A stretch of DNA of 64,000 nucleotides. Source: a virus (lineage: Duplodnaviria > Caudoviricetes). Both the position numbers and the translations under genes were made by a program. Positions 16,147 through 24,311 of this stretch are shown in pieces. Below the pieces are notes generated by a model that was given only the letters and a program-made list of their open reading frames with translations, made no database searches and was not told the DNA's origin. The stretch lies in the IMG/VR virus record IMGVR_UViG_3300036783_000183, positions 9,075 to 73,074 of that record; one strand, written 5' to 3'. The stretch's first letter is position 1. Every line of letters starts with the position of its first letter.

Positions 16147-19100
16147 TCAGCTCCTTGCAGCCAGCGCGGCCTGGACCGTGCGCCGGAAGGCCATCGTGCG
16201 GTGCACCCGCATCGGGTCGCCCTGGTAGGCATCGGTGTTCTCGTAGCCGGTCGCGTCGGCCGTGTTCGGCGCCGCCGGGGCCAGGTCCGCGTTGCCGGGC
16301 TGGCGGCCGGAGAACGTCTGGGTGAACGGGCCGCTCTTCTGCGGCGCCTCCTGCGGGGTGCCGAGCATGTCATCCGGCGCCACCGGGGCCGAGGCGGGCG
16401 GCGGGGCGCCCTGGTACGGGGGCACGCCGCCGGAGCGGGCCGGGTCCTCGCCGCCGCCCATCGGCGGGGGCTGGCCCGGCCCGTTCAGCGGAGTTGAGCC
16501 CATCGGGTCGGGTGAGGTGCCCGGTCCGTCCGTGATCAGGTCGACCGTCGTGCCTGCCGTGACCTGCCGAGCCTTGCCTTGATGCGCCGGTCCTCGCCGG
16601 GCTACCGCAGGCACAAGATACCCGTTCCCCGAGATGTGGTACCGGTCGGCGTGGGCCCTCGCGAACTTGACGGTGAACGAGCTGTGCGCGTCCAGGCGGC
16701 GGCCGAGCACCGGGTGAGCGCGGGACAGCCGGTAGTGCTCGCCTGCCCAGGCCTCCTGGGCGTCCGGCCGGTCGGCGATGGCCGCGTACAGGCCCGCCTC
16801 GAAGGCCGGACTGCCCTGGCTGACCAGGTTCATGCCGGGCGTCCACCGGGCGGCGAACTTGTAGCCCCGGCGGAACTCCGGGTCGGCGGCCACCTCGCGG
16901 GTCAGGAACGCGGCCGAGACGCGGCGCAGGCTGGCCGCCCGCCGGTCGTGCGCGTGCTCGCCGCCGTAGCCGTATTCCTTGTCGAGCCGGTCCAGGTAGG
17001 AGTCGACCGTGCTCTCCGGAATGCCCTTGACCTGGTGCGCCCGGGTGTGCGCGTTCTTCAGGTCCTGCTTGCTGTTGACCGGCAGCTTGTCATCCGGGCC
17101 CAGGGAGTGCGCGGCGTTTTCCCGCTCGGACTCGGTGAAGTCATGCGCCTGGCGCCGCACTGAGGACCGCTGCGAGGGGCGCCCGCCCCTCGGCATGCTG
17201 TAGCCGGGAGCGCCCGGGTCCGGGACGTGACCGATCGTCCGGGCGTGCATGCCCGGCCCGGCGCCCTCCTCGCCCGGGTTGTGCAGGTGCTGGCAGCCCT
17301 CGGCGTTGCACGGCTCAGTCCGGTGCGCCGGGTGCGGGCAGCCGTAGCACTGGGCGGCCGTCCGCTGCAGGCTGGCCCGGCTGACCTGGAAGGCACGCTG
17401 GGCCTCCCCGGCGTTCATCGCCTGGCCGGAGTCGCCGCCCATGGAGCGGGGCACGTCCTGGGCCCCGGTGTCCGGCGGGCGGCCGGAGTAGCCGACCGCG
17501 TAGCCCTTGACGTACGGGGAGACCAGCGAGCTGTTGTCGGCGAACGTGGGGTGCTCGCCGGAGGCCGCGTCCTCCTGGCCGTCCCGGATGCCCTGGGAGT
17601 AGTCGGCGCCGGGCGGCTCCGGGGTGGTCTGGGCGGTGTTGAACGGCGGGCTGCCGTCGTCGGTGCTCTGGTGCGGCTTGGTCATGGTGTCGGCCTGGCG
17701 CCGCAGCCCTTCCTTCTGCCGCAGGTCTTCCTGCCCGGACAGCACGCCGGAGACGCGCTCGCCTGGCGCGGCGTGGTAATCGGGGCGGTCGCCCTGGCGG
17801 CCCTTCATCTCGCTGTACACGCCGAGGTAGTGCTGGTGCAGGTCGGGCCGGCCGGACCACTCGGCATAGTCATCCCTGCCGATCGGATCCCTGCCCAGGG
17901 TGGCGTCCATGACGCCCCGGGTCTCGTTCCAGCCGCGCATGTACTGGCCGTGCGCCTTGGTGCTGAACGCGTAGTTGTCCTTGTGGCGCGGCCTCTTGCC
18001 CTCCATGGCGTCCATCCGGCCGAACATCTTCACCGCAGCGGACGAGGGCGTCATCGAGGACCGGGCCGCCTCCTTGGACTGATCGTCCTGGTCCCCCTCC
18101 TGGCCGGCGAGCGGGAACATGACGGCGGTGTTGAGCTGGTCCGCGCCCGGGTTCGGGTTGTCGTGGGAGTCGACAGTCTCCTGGATCTGGGTCAGCGAGC
18201 TGGCGCCCTGGTGCCGGAAGTACGCCCGGTAGACCTCCGGGTCGTAGTGCTGCTGGACGTGCCGCCGGAACGCCTCCCGGTCGGCGTCGGTGGGGTCGCG
18301 GTGCGACCAGCTGTCCGGGTCGTCACGCCACAGCTCCTGGAAGGACCCGCGCAGGTGATGAGGGACATCCACGTCGGATCCCTCGTAGCCCTCGCTGTAG
18401 TGGCCCTCGTTGCCGCTGTAGCCGCCGGCGTTGCCGCCGTGATTGCCGTAATAGCCACCGGGCTCATTGGACCAGGCACGGTCCTCCGGGTGGACGGCGC
18501 CCTCGACCTGATGCTTGATCTTGCCGCAGTAGGCCTCGGGGTCGTTCTTGTCCTGGTTGGCGGCCACGCACGCGGCGAAGTCCTTGTAGCCGGCGAACGG
18601 GGCGCCCTTGCGCATGCCTTCTGCGGTCAGCCCCGAGGGGGCCTCACGAAAATCCAGGCGGCTCCCGGCCTTGGCCTTGCCCTTCTTCTTCTTGCTCTTG
18701 ACGCCGTTCGCCACGCAGTTCTTGCACAGGCCGCCGTTCTTGCCGGGCTTGCCGCCGCAGCCGGGGCAGGTGCCGGACAGCGCCGGGTTGTCGTCGCTGG
18801 GCACCGCGCCCCGGGCCAGCACCGGGCCGACCCGGGCCAGGTAGCCGTGCAGCCAGGCGATCTCGTCCTCGGTGCGGGCCTGCACCCGGAAGCCGGCCAT
18901 CAGCGCGTCGCGGTGGGCGGCCACCTTGGCCAGGTTCCCCAGCCGCAGGATGGCGTGACCCTCCTGCACGCCGAGGGACTCGAACCGGGCCCGGCGGGCG
19001 AAGTCCTCGGCGTTCATCACGTAGCCGACCGCGAGCGAGGCGGTGTGCTCGGTGCCGCGCCCGCAGTCCTGCTCGGGCCAGTGCCACGAGCTGCAGCGGG

Positions 19101-20031
19101 AATGGAAGGGCCCGTCGAAGGTCATGTCGCCGGCGTCCGCGCCGAACTGCCAGCGGAAGCCCTCGGAGTCGGGGCCGGTCAGCGCGGAGGCGATGACGTT
19201 CGGCCGCCGCTCGGAGCCCTCGTCCATGTTCTGGCCGAGGGCCGGGTTGGGCGTCGAGGGGGCGGACGGCGCCGCGCCGGGCGGCGGCACGGTGGGGATC
19301 TCGCCGGGCATGCCCAGCGGGATCTCGGCGTAGGAGTTCGCGACATCCATCGCCGTGCTGTGCTCGTTCGGGTTCGCCGCACCCGAGCCGAAGCCGGAGC
19401 CCGAGCCGTCCTGCTGCTCCAGCTGCTGCATCATCGGCGCCCGCTCGGAGCTGACCTGGGACTGCCCGGACGGGGACTCGACCTGGGTGTTGTACTCGTT
19501 CTGCTCCGGCGCGAAGTTGTCGAAGGTCTCGGCGGGGTACGGAGTCGGCGCCTGGTTGTCGTGCGAGTCCACCTCCTGGTCGACCTGCGGCAGGCCGGAC
19601 GCTCCCCGCCGGGTCAGGTAGCCGACGTAGGTCATGAACTCGCGCCGGGCGTCCAGGGCCTGGCTGCCGTAGGCGCTGGCGGCGGTATAGGCCTGGCCGA
19701 GGGCCTGCTCGCGGAACTCCTCGGGGTCCGCCTCCACGCCGGGCGGCAGGCTGCGGTACCACCGGGAGGCCTCGGTGATCATCGCGGTGCGGTAGTCCAC
19801 GGGCGCCTCGTACTCGCCCAGCCAGTCGGTCGCGGCCGTGTGCCGCTCGTACAGCGGCACCGGCTCCAGGGTTGCCCGGACGGCGGTCGCGGACAGGTCC
19901 GTCTCGCGCGAGCGCGCGATCGCGGCCGTCCGCGCCTGGTCGTGCTCGTCGAGCGCGGCCACGGCGGTAATCATCTCGTCACCCGTCTGGGCCGCCCGCA
20001 CCGCCCGCAGCAGCTCGTCACGCTCGGCCAT
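16147..20031 (-). CDS. 1294-aa low-complexity head/scaffold-like protein with internal repeats and Zn motifs
   Basis: Long ORF; repeated AS(G/S)L(P/T)Q(V/I)xxxVDSHDN; RRQA, RTAA and RRAAS motifs; CPGC and CxNC motifs. Confidence 0.75.
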   Translation of the reverse strand: MAERDELLRAVRAAQTGDEMITAVAALDEHDQARTAAIARSRETDLSATAVRATLEPVPLYERHTAATDWLGEYEAPVDYRTAMITEASRWYRSLPPGVEADPEEFREQALGQAYTAASAYGSQALDARREFMTYVGYLTRRGASGLPQVDQEVDSHDNQAPTPYPAETFDNFAPEQNEYNTQVESPSGQSQVSSERAPMMQQLEQQDGSGSGFGSGAANPNEHSTAMDVANSYAEIPLGMPGEIPTVPPPGAAPSAPSTPNPALGQNMDEGSERRPNVIASALTGPDSEGFRWQFGADAGDMTFDGPFHSRCSSWHWPEQDCGRGTEHTASLAVGYVMNAEDFARRARFESLGVQEGHAILRLGNLAKVAAHRDALMAGFRVQARTEDEIAWLHGYLARVGPVLARGAVPSDDNPALSGTCPGCGGKPGKNGGLCKNCVANGVKSKKKKGKAKAGSRLDFREAPSGLTAEGMRKGAPFAGYKDFAACVAANQDKNDPEAYCGKIKHQVEGAVHPEDRAWSNEPGGYYGNHGGNAGGYSGNEGHYSEGYEGSDVDVPHHLRGSFQELWRDDPDSWSHRDPTDADREAFRRHVQQHYDPEVYRAYFRHQGASSLTQIQETVDSHDNPNPGADQLNTAVMFPLAGQEGDQDDQSKEAARSSMTPSSAAVKMFGRMDAMEGKRPRHKDNYAFSTKAHGQYMRGWNETRGVMDATLGRDPIGRDDYAEWSGRPDLHQHYLGVYSEMKGRQGDRPDYHAAPGERVSGVLSGQEDLRQKEGLRRQADTMTKPHQSTDDGSPPFNTAQTTPEPPGADYSQGIRDGQEDAASGEHPTFADNSSLVSPYVKGYAVGYSGRPPDTGAQDVPRSMGGDSGQAMNAGEAQRAFQVSRASLQRTAAQCYGCPHPAHRTEPCNAEGCQHLHNPGEEGAGPGMHARTIGHVPDPGAPGYSMPRGGRPSQRSSVRRQAHDFTESERENAAHSLGPDDKLPVNSKQDLKNAHTRAHQVKGIPESTVDSYLDRLDKEYGYGGEHAHDRRAASLRRVSAAFLTREVAADPEFRRGYKFAARWTPGMNLVSQGSPAFEAGLYAAIADRPDAQEAWAGEHYRLSRAHPVLGRRLDAHSSFTVKFARAHADRYHISGNGYLVPAVARRGPAHQGKARQVTAGTTVDLITDGPGTSPDPMGSTPLNGPGQPPPMGGGEDPARSGGVPPYQGAPPPASAPVAPDDMLGTPQEAPQKSGPFTQTFSGRQPGNADLAPAAPNTADATGYENTDAYQGDPMRVHRTMAFRRTVQAALAARS

Positions 20032-20077
20032 GTCGGATCCTCCCGGAAGCAGCGTCTCTGCTACTTCCCGGGCCGGC

Positions 20078-20515
20078 CTAGACGGGCAACAGGCCGTGAT
20101 CGATGATCTCGTACAGCCGGGCGCCGGGCCCGTGCTCGGGATAGAACGGCTTCACGCCCCCGATGTCGAACGCCTCGCACATCTCGTGAGTCTCCACGGA
20201 CTGGATGCAGCGCAGCAGCCACCAGTGCCAGGGCAGGGCGGAGTCATCGGACGGCACGTCGAACCGGTGCCCGAATGAAGCCATCTGGCCCGGCCGGGTG
20301 CTGTCCTCGGCGGTGACGCAGACGACGAGCCTGACCGGCTCGCCCCAGGTGATGGCGACCATCGCGGGCGCCAGCGCCTGGGTCACCGCGTCCAGGGTGA
20401 CCGGCGGGCAGCCGCCCATCGTTCCGGTATGCCCAGCCTCCAGCCAGAACTGCCAGCCGGTCTTGTAACGGAACTGGCTGATCATGTTCGCCAGGGCGGG
20501 GATCCCGTTTGCCAT
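20078..20515 (-). CDS. Conserved phage hypothetical protein
   Basis: MANGIPAL...RYKTGWQF...CIQSVETHEMCEAFDIGGVKPFYPEH. Confidence 0.65.
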   Translation of the reverse strand: MANGIPALANMISQFRYKTGWQFWLEAGHTGTMGGCPPVTLDAVTQALAPAMVAITWGEPVRLVVCVTAEDSTRPGQMASFGHRFDVPSDDSALPWHWWLLRCIQSVETHEMCEAFDIGGVKPFYPEHGPGARLYEIIDHGLLPV

Positions 20516-20575
20516 GCCTGCCGCACCTTGCCTCGCCGATGCACGCACCGCCACGCCAAGCCATGACGGCCTACG
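20510..20575 (-). ncRNA. GGY-NN mini-array (1 unit)
   Basis: Minus strand: GGCCG TCAT GGCTT GGCGT GGCGG TGCGT GCATC GGCGA GGCAA GGTGC GGCAG GCATG. Preceded by the extended -10 TGCTAAGGT at 20599-20591. Confidence 0.55.
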
Positions 20576-20583
20576 CAGGTTCC

Positions 20584-21033
20584 TTAGTCAACCTTAGCAG
20601 TCGACGCCGCATCGATCAGCGCCTGCAGCTGATCGTGGCTGACCGGCGGCGTCCGGCCGTGGTCCAGGCAGTCCAGGAACAGGCCGGCGATCTCGGGCAC
20701 GGTCAGGCCCTCCTGGACCCGCTGCGCCGACCAGCCGCTGATCCGGGCGTACCAGCGGACGCCGTGCAGGCCCCGGTCGGGGCGGCGGACGGGCTCGGCG
20801 CCGGCCTTGCTGCAGGCCTGCAGGGCCAGGGCCCGCAGGGCGGGCTTGGCGATGGCCACCCGGCCGCCGGCGTCCAGCGCGGCCTGGGCGGCCTGCACCG
20901 GGTCCTCCGGCCCGCCGTTGGCCCTGCTGCGGGCGCACGCCAGGTGCCGCCCGTACAGGACCTGGGTGCCGACCGGGATCTCCTGCCCGCAGCTCGGGCA
21001 GGTGATGCCGGGTTCCCAGTTCTGGCTGAGCAC
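20584..21033 (-). CDS. Hypothetical protein with N-terminal Zn motif
   Basis: CPSCG...HLAC; ORF track. Confidence 0.55.
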   Translation of the reverse strand: MLSQNWEPGITCPSCGQEIPVGTQVLYGRHLACARSRANGGPEDPVQAAQAALDAGGRVAIAKPALRALALQACSKAGAEPVRRPDRGLHGVRWYARISGWSAQRVQEGLTVPEIAGLFLDCLDHGRTPPVSHDQLQALIDAASTAKVD

Positions 21034-21082
21034 GCGTTCCTCCTCACAGCTTCCGGGGGGCAGCCGTTAATTGATTCGCGAA

Positions 21083-21104
21083 TACCAAGGTTTATTGATA
21101 TTCT
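21083..21104 (+). promoter_or_regulatory. Promoter/operator copy with -10 TATTCT 6 nt before the ATG (leaderless transcript)
   Basis: TACCAAGGTTTATTGATATTCTGGGACC ATG; no RBS. Confidence 0.7.
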
Positions 21105-21110
21105 GGGACC

Positions 21111-21557
21111 ATGAACAAGGCAGACAGGATCCGCAGCGCCGCTCCCGGCCTCAGCGAGGCCGAGATCACCCGGCTGGCCCGGGGCACGGTGGCCGAGGTC
21201 AACAGCCTTGTCCGCGCGCTGCGGCAGGCCCGGCGCGACGCGATCGATGCCGAGGCCGCGAAGCGGCGGCAGCGCAGGATCGACAACCGCACGCACGGGA
21301 ACTACGACGAGGCCCAGCTGACCGAGCGCAACATCCGGGTGATCGGCAAGCAGGGCGAGCGGGCCGGCGACGGCAACCTGGACGCGCTGGCCGCGCTCGG
21401 CAGCATGCTCCGGCACGTCGATGACTGCATCGGGCTGGCCGTCGAGGGATGCCGCGCCAAGGGGTACTCCGACCCCGAGATCGCCAGCGCCCTGGGCATC
21501 TCCCGGCAGGCGATCGGCCAGCGCTACGGCCGGAAGAAGAACGCCCGCCCGGCGTAA
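21111..21557 (+). CDS. HTH DNA-binding protein
   Basis: C-terminal GYSDPEIASALGISRQAIGQRYG helix-turn-helix. Confidence 0.75.
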   Translation: MNKADRIRSAAPGLSEAEITRLARGTVAEVNSLVRALRQARRDAIDAEAAKRRQRRIDNRTHGNYDEAQLTERNIRVIGKQGERAGDGNLDALAALGSMLRHVDDCIGLAVEGCRAKGYSDPEIASALGISRQAIGQRYGRKKNARPA

Positions 21558-21568
21558 AGGCCCGTTTA

Positions 21569-21597
21569 CAGCCCCGGGCCGGTCAGGCCCGGGGCTG
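21569..21597. terminator. Perfect 12-bp hairpin at a convergent gene junction
   Basis: CAGCCCCGGGCC-GGTCA-GGCCCGGGGCTG between the stops at 21557 (+) and 21583 (-). Confidence 0.6.
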
Positions 21598-21978
21598 GCC
21601 GCGCTTGCGGTCGGTGAACGGCTGCTCGGACGGGATGATGTCCGGGCGGTGCTTGCGCACCTCCTCGGCGATGTGCGCCAGGCCCGCGCTCATCCGCTGC
21701 TGCGGGGTCTGCAGGGTGCCGGGCTCGGGCAGCTCGACGCCGTGCCGGGCCAGCATGATCATGGCCAGCTCGCGCCGCCTGTGCAGCAGCACGGTGCTCA
21801 GGAAGTCGGTGAACACCTGGCAGGCCAGGTCGTCGGCGGCGCCGGTCATCAGCTCGGCGACGTGCAGGATCTTCTCGATGTCGGTGATGATCGCGCGGGC
21901 GTCGGCCGGCCAGGTGGCGACCGGAACCCACTCGACCTCGGGCTCGTCGTCCGGCTCGGGCAGCACGTCCTCGGTCAT
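21583..21978 (-). CDS. Hypothetical protein
   Basis: MTEDVLPEPDDEP...; ATGA coupling to the UDG stop. Confidence 0.6.
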   Translation of the reverse strand: MTEDVLPEPDDEPEVEWVPVATWPADARAIITDIEKILHVAELMTGAADDLACQVFTDFLSTVLLHRRRELAMIMLARHGVELPEPGTLQTPQQRMSAGLAHIAEEVRKHRPDIIPSEQPFTDRKRGQPRA

Positions 21979-22580
21979 GATCCCATCACCATCCGCATGC
22001 CCTGGGTGATCCGGCGCAGCACCGCCAGGTCCTCGGCCATCAGCTCGGCCGTATCGGTGCTGCGCAGCGCGGCGGCCGGGTGGAACGTCGGCAGCCAGGG
22101 CACCTGCAGGCTGTCCGGCCAGTCGGCGATGGCGACCGTGCCGATCCGCCCGTGGATGTCGCTGATCCGGCCGGCCAGCGGGCTGACGGCGCTCTTGGCG
22201 GTCGCGCCGCAGGTGATGACCAGGCCGGGGCGCACCGCCAGGATCTCGGCAGCCAGCCGGGCCCGGGACGCGGCTACCTCGAAGGAGTGCGGGGTCCGGT
22301 TGGACGGCGGCCGGTACAAGACCACGTTGGTGACGTAGCACATCCGCCGCTGCACGCCGACCTCGGCCAGCATCTCGAACAGCTGCCGCCCGGAACGGCC
22401 CACGAACGGCTTGCCCTGCCTGACTTCCTCCTCGCCGGGGGCCTCGCCGACCACCAGGAACGGAGCGTTAGTCGGCCCGCTGCCCGGCACCAGCAGCGAC
22501 TGGGCGGCCAGCGGTTCCAGCACGACCAGGCTCCGGTACTCCTCCTGCGCGCGGGCGATCCGCTCCTCGGCGGGCGTCAT
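21975..22580 (-). CDS. Uracil-DNA glycosylase, family 4 (phage SPO1 DNA polymerase-related type)
   Basis: VVGEAPGEEEVRQGKPFVGRSG, YVTNVVLYRPPSNRTP and PTFHPAAALR motifs. Confidence 0.92.
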   Translation of the reverse strand: MTPAEERIARAQEEYRSLVVLEPLAAQSLLVPGSGPTNAPFLVVGEAPGEEEVRQGKPFVGRSGRQLFEMLAEVGVQRRMCYVTNVVLYRPPSNRTPHSFEVAASRARLAAEILAVRPGLVITCGATAKSAVSPLAGRISDIHGRIGTVAIADWPDSLQVPWLPTFHPAAALRSTDTAELMAEDLAVLRRITQGMRMVMGS

Positions 22581-22801
22581 CAGTGCCGCGCGTGCCGGGC
22601 CGCGCTGACGGTGGGCTGGGCCTGCTTCCAGCCCTTCTGGATGACCTGGTGCGCGGCCACGCCGAAGGCATCCCGCTCCTGCGGCTCCAGGTCAGCCCAG
22701 CGGGGCAGCGCGGCGCCCTGGAACTTCCAGCGGAGCGCGTCGCCGAGCGCCTCGTAGCAGATCCGGCCGGTCTCCGGCGACTCCTCGTACGGGACGGTCA
22801 T
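22580..22801 (-). CDS. Small hypothetical protein
   Basis: Coupled ORF. Confidence 0.55.
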   Translation of the reverse strand: MTVPYEESPETGRICYEALGDALRWKFQGAALPRWADLEPQERDAFGVAAHQVIQKGWKQAQPTVSAARHARH

Positions 22802-23424
22802 GGCCGGTTCAGCGCATCCTCGCGGACGAGCTGATCAGGGTTGACGCCGTAGCTCTTCAGCAGGGCCAGGGTGTCCCCGGCCACCTGGCGGATGAGGCCG
22901 GGTGCTATGTCCCAGCTGCCCGTCCGCTCCGTCAGCTCGCTGGCGATCATGAAGGCCAGCGCGTGCTGGGAGACGTACCGGTAACGCGGCTCGCCGGACG
23001 GCTCCTCGCGGACATCCCGGGGCCCGATCAGGCGGAACGTCTCGACGCGCACCGGGTAGCCGAACTCATCCGGCGGCAGCGGGACATCCGCCATCGGGTA
23101 CGTGTCGTACCGGGTGAAGTCGACCGAGAGAATCCGCTTGGTCATCCGCACGGGATAACGGCGGGTGAACCAGCCCGGCGCCTTGTCCCGCTTGAAGTGC
23201 TGCCACCAGCTGGCCGGGTACTCGAAGCTGAAGTCCTGCCGGTCGGAGAGGATCCGGGCGCCGAGCACCGAGCTGCGCAGCTGCAGCATCATCCCCTCGA
23301 CGGTGTGCTCAATTGCCTTCAGCTCGGTCATGCCCTCGGCGTAGCTGCCCAGCCGGACAGGCGCCACCTTGTTCAGCTTGACCGGCAGCTGGTCCAGCAC
23401 GATTTCCAGCCGGTCGGGCGTCAT
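22798..23424 (-). CDS. Hypothetical protein
   Basis: Coupled 208-aa ORF; YPASWWQHFKR motif common in phage proteins. Confidence 0.65.
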   Translation of the reverse strand: MTPDRLEIVLDQLPVKLNKVAPVRLGSYAEGMTELKAIEHTVEGMMLQLRSSVLGARILSDRQDFSFEYPASWWQHFKRDKAPGWFTRRYPVRMTKRILSVDFTRYDTYPMADVPLPPDEFGYPVRVETFRLIGPRDVREEPSGEPRYRYVSQHALAFMIASELTERTGSWDIAPGLIRQVAGDTLALLKSYGVNPDQLVREDALNRP

Positions 23425-23636
23425 CCCGCCACGTCCCGGAGCGGGTCGCCGAAGGCGGATGTCTTCTCCCAGTCCGGGTGATCAGCCTCCCAGGCGTCCC
23501 GGGCGGTGACGCTGCGGGCGACCCAGAATGTCGCGCACGGGCCGAGGTGGTGCTCGAAGATCTCGCACGGGTAATCCATGTGATCCCCGGGCACCGGGGT
23601 CCGGCAGCTGCGCTGCGGGTACGCGGCCTTCTTCAC
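23421..23636 (-). CDS. Small Cys/His protein
   Basis: CR...CEIFEHHLGPC. Confidence 0.55.
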   Translation of the reverse strand: MKKAAYPQRSCRTPVPGDHMDYPCEIFEHHLGPCATFWVARSVTARDAWEADHPDWEKTSAFGDPLRDVAG

Positions 23637-23668
23637 GCTCCTAGCATTCCATAGGCGGACCGGGCCGC

Positions 23669-23959
23669 CTAGGTCGCGCCGTCCTTAGCTTCGGCCTTCG
23701 CGATCTCATCGTCATGCCACTCGCACAGGCACCCGTCACCAGCGCTCTCGCCCTGGCACTTGACGTGCTCCAGGCGGCGCTGATCGTAGCTCATCGTCGT
23801 CGACTGGACGTGCATCAGGCACCGGCCCGTCAGATGCGCCTGAGCTGCCTCACGGCGGGCCCGCTCCAGGGCCTCATCCAGGATCCGGGCGCGCAGCGCC
23901 TGCCGGTCAGCCAGCGGCATGCCGGCTCGCATCGTGATCGTCTCCTGCTGGTCCGTCAT
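23669..23959 (-). CDS. Small Cys/His protein
   Basis: CLMH...HVKC...CLCEWH; GGAGG RBS. Confidence 0.55.
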   Translation of the reverse strand: MTDQQETITMRAGMPLADRQALRARILDEALERARREAAQAHLTGRCLMHVQSTTMSYDQRRLEHVKCQGESAGDGCLCEWHDDEIAKAEAKDGAT

Positions 23960-23977
23960 GCCGCTGGCCTCCCTGGT

Positions 23978-24283
23978 TCAGAACTGGTCTGGTGAGGATA
24001 CCGGCTCGGCGAAGACGATCTCCGGCTCGGCGGAGGCATTGCCGCCCACCTCGGTGATGAAGTCCTGCAGTTCCTGGCGGCTGAAGAACGCCCGGAAGTT
24101 CTCCGTGCTCAGCCACTCGTCCTGGACCACGATGTAGCCGTCGCCGACGCCGAACCGGTGGTGGATCGCGCCGGCTTCCCTGGCGTCGGCGCCGATCCGG
24201 CGGTAGTCCTCGGCGCGCTCTTCCAGCGAGGTGCGGAACTTCCCGACATCGCCCTCGATCATGAGGGTCACGAGTACGGACAT
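23978..24283 (-). CDS. Dimeric alpha/beta-barrel (ABM-like) protein
   Basis: GAIHHRFGVGDGYIVVQDEWLSTENFRAFF pattern; GGAAGG RBS. Confidence 0.6.
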   Translation of the reverse strand: MSVLVTLMIEGDVGKFRTSLEERAEDYRRIGADAREAGAIHHRFGVGDGYIVVQDEWLSTENFRAFFSRQELQDFITEVGGNASAEPEIVFAEPVSSPDQF

Positions 24284-24311
24284 GCTGATTCCCTTCCACG
24301 GGGTTGTTGTA

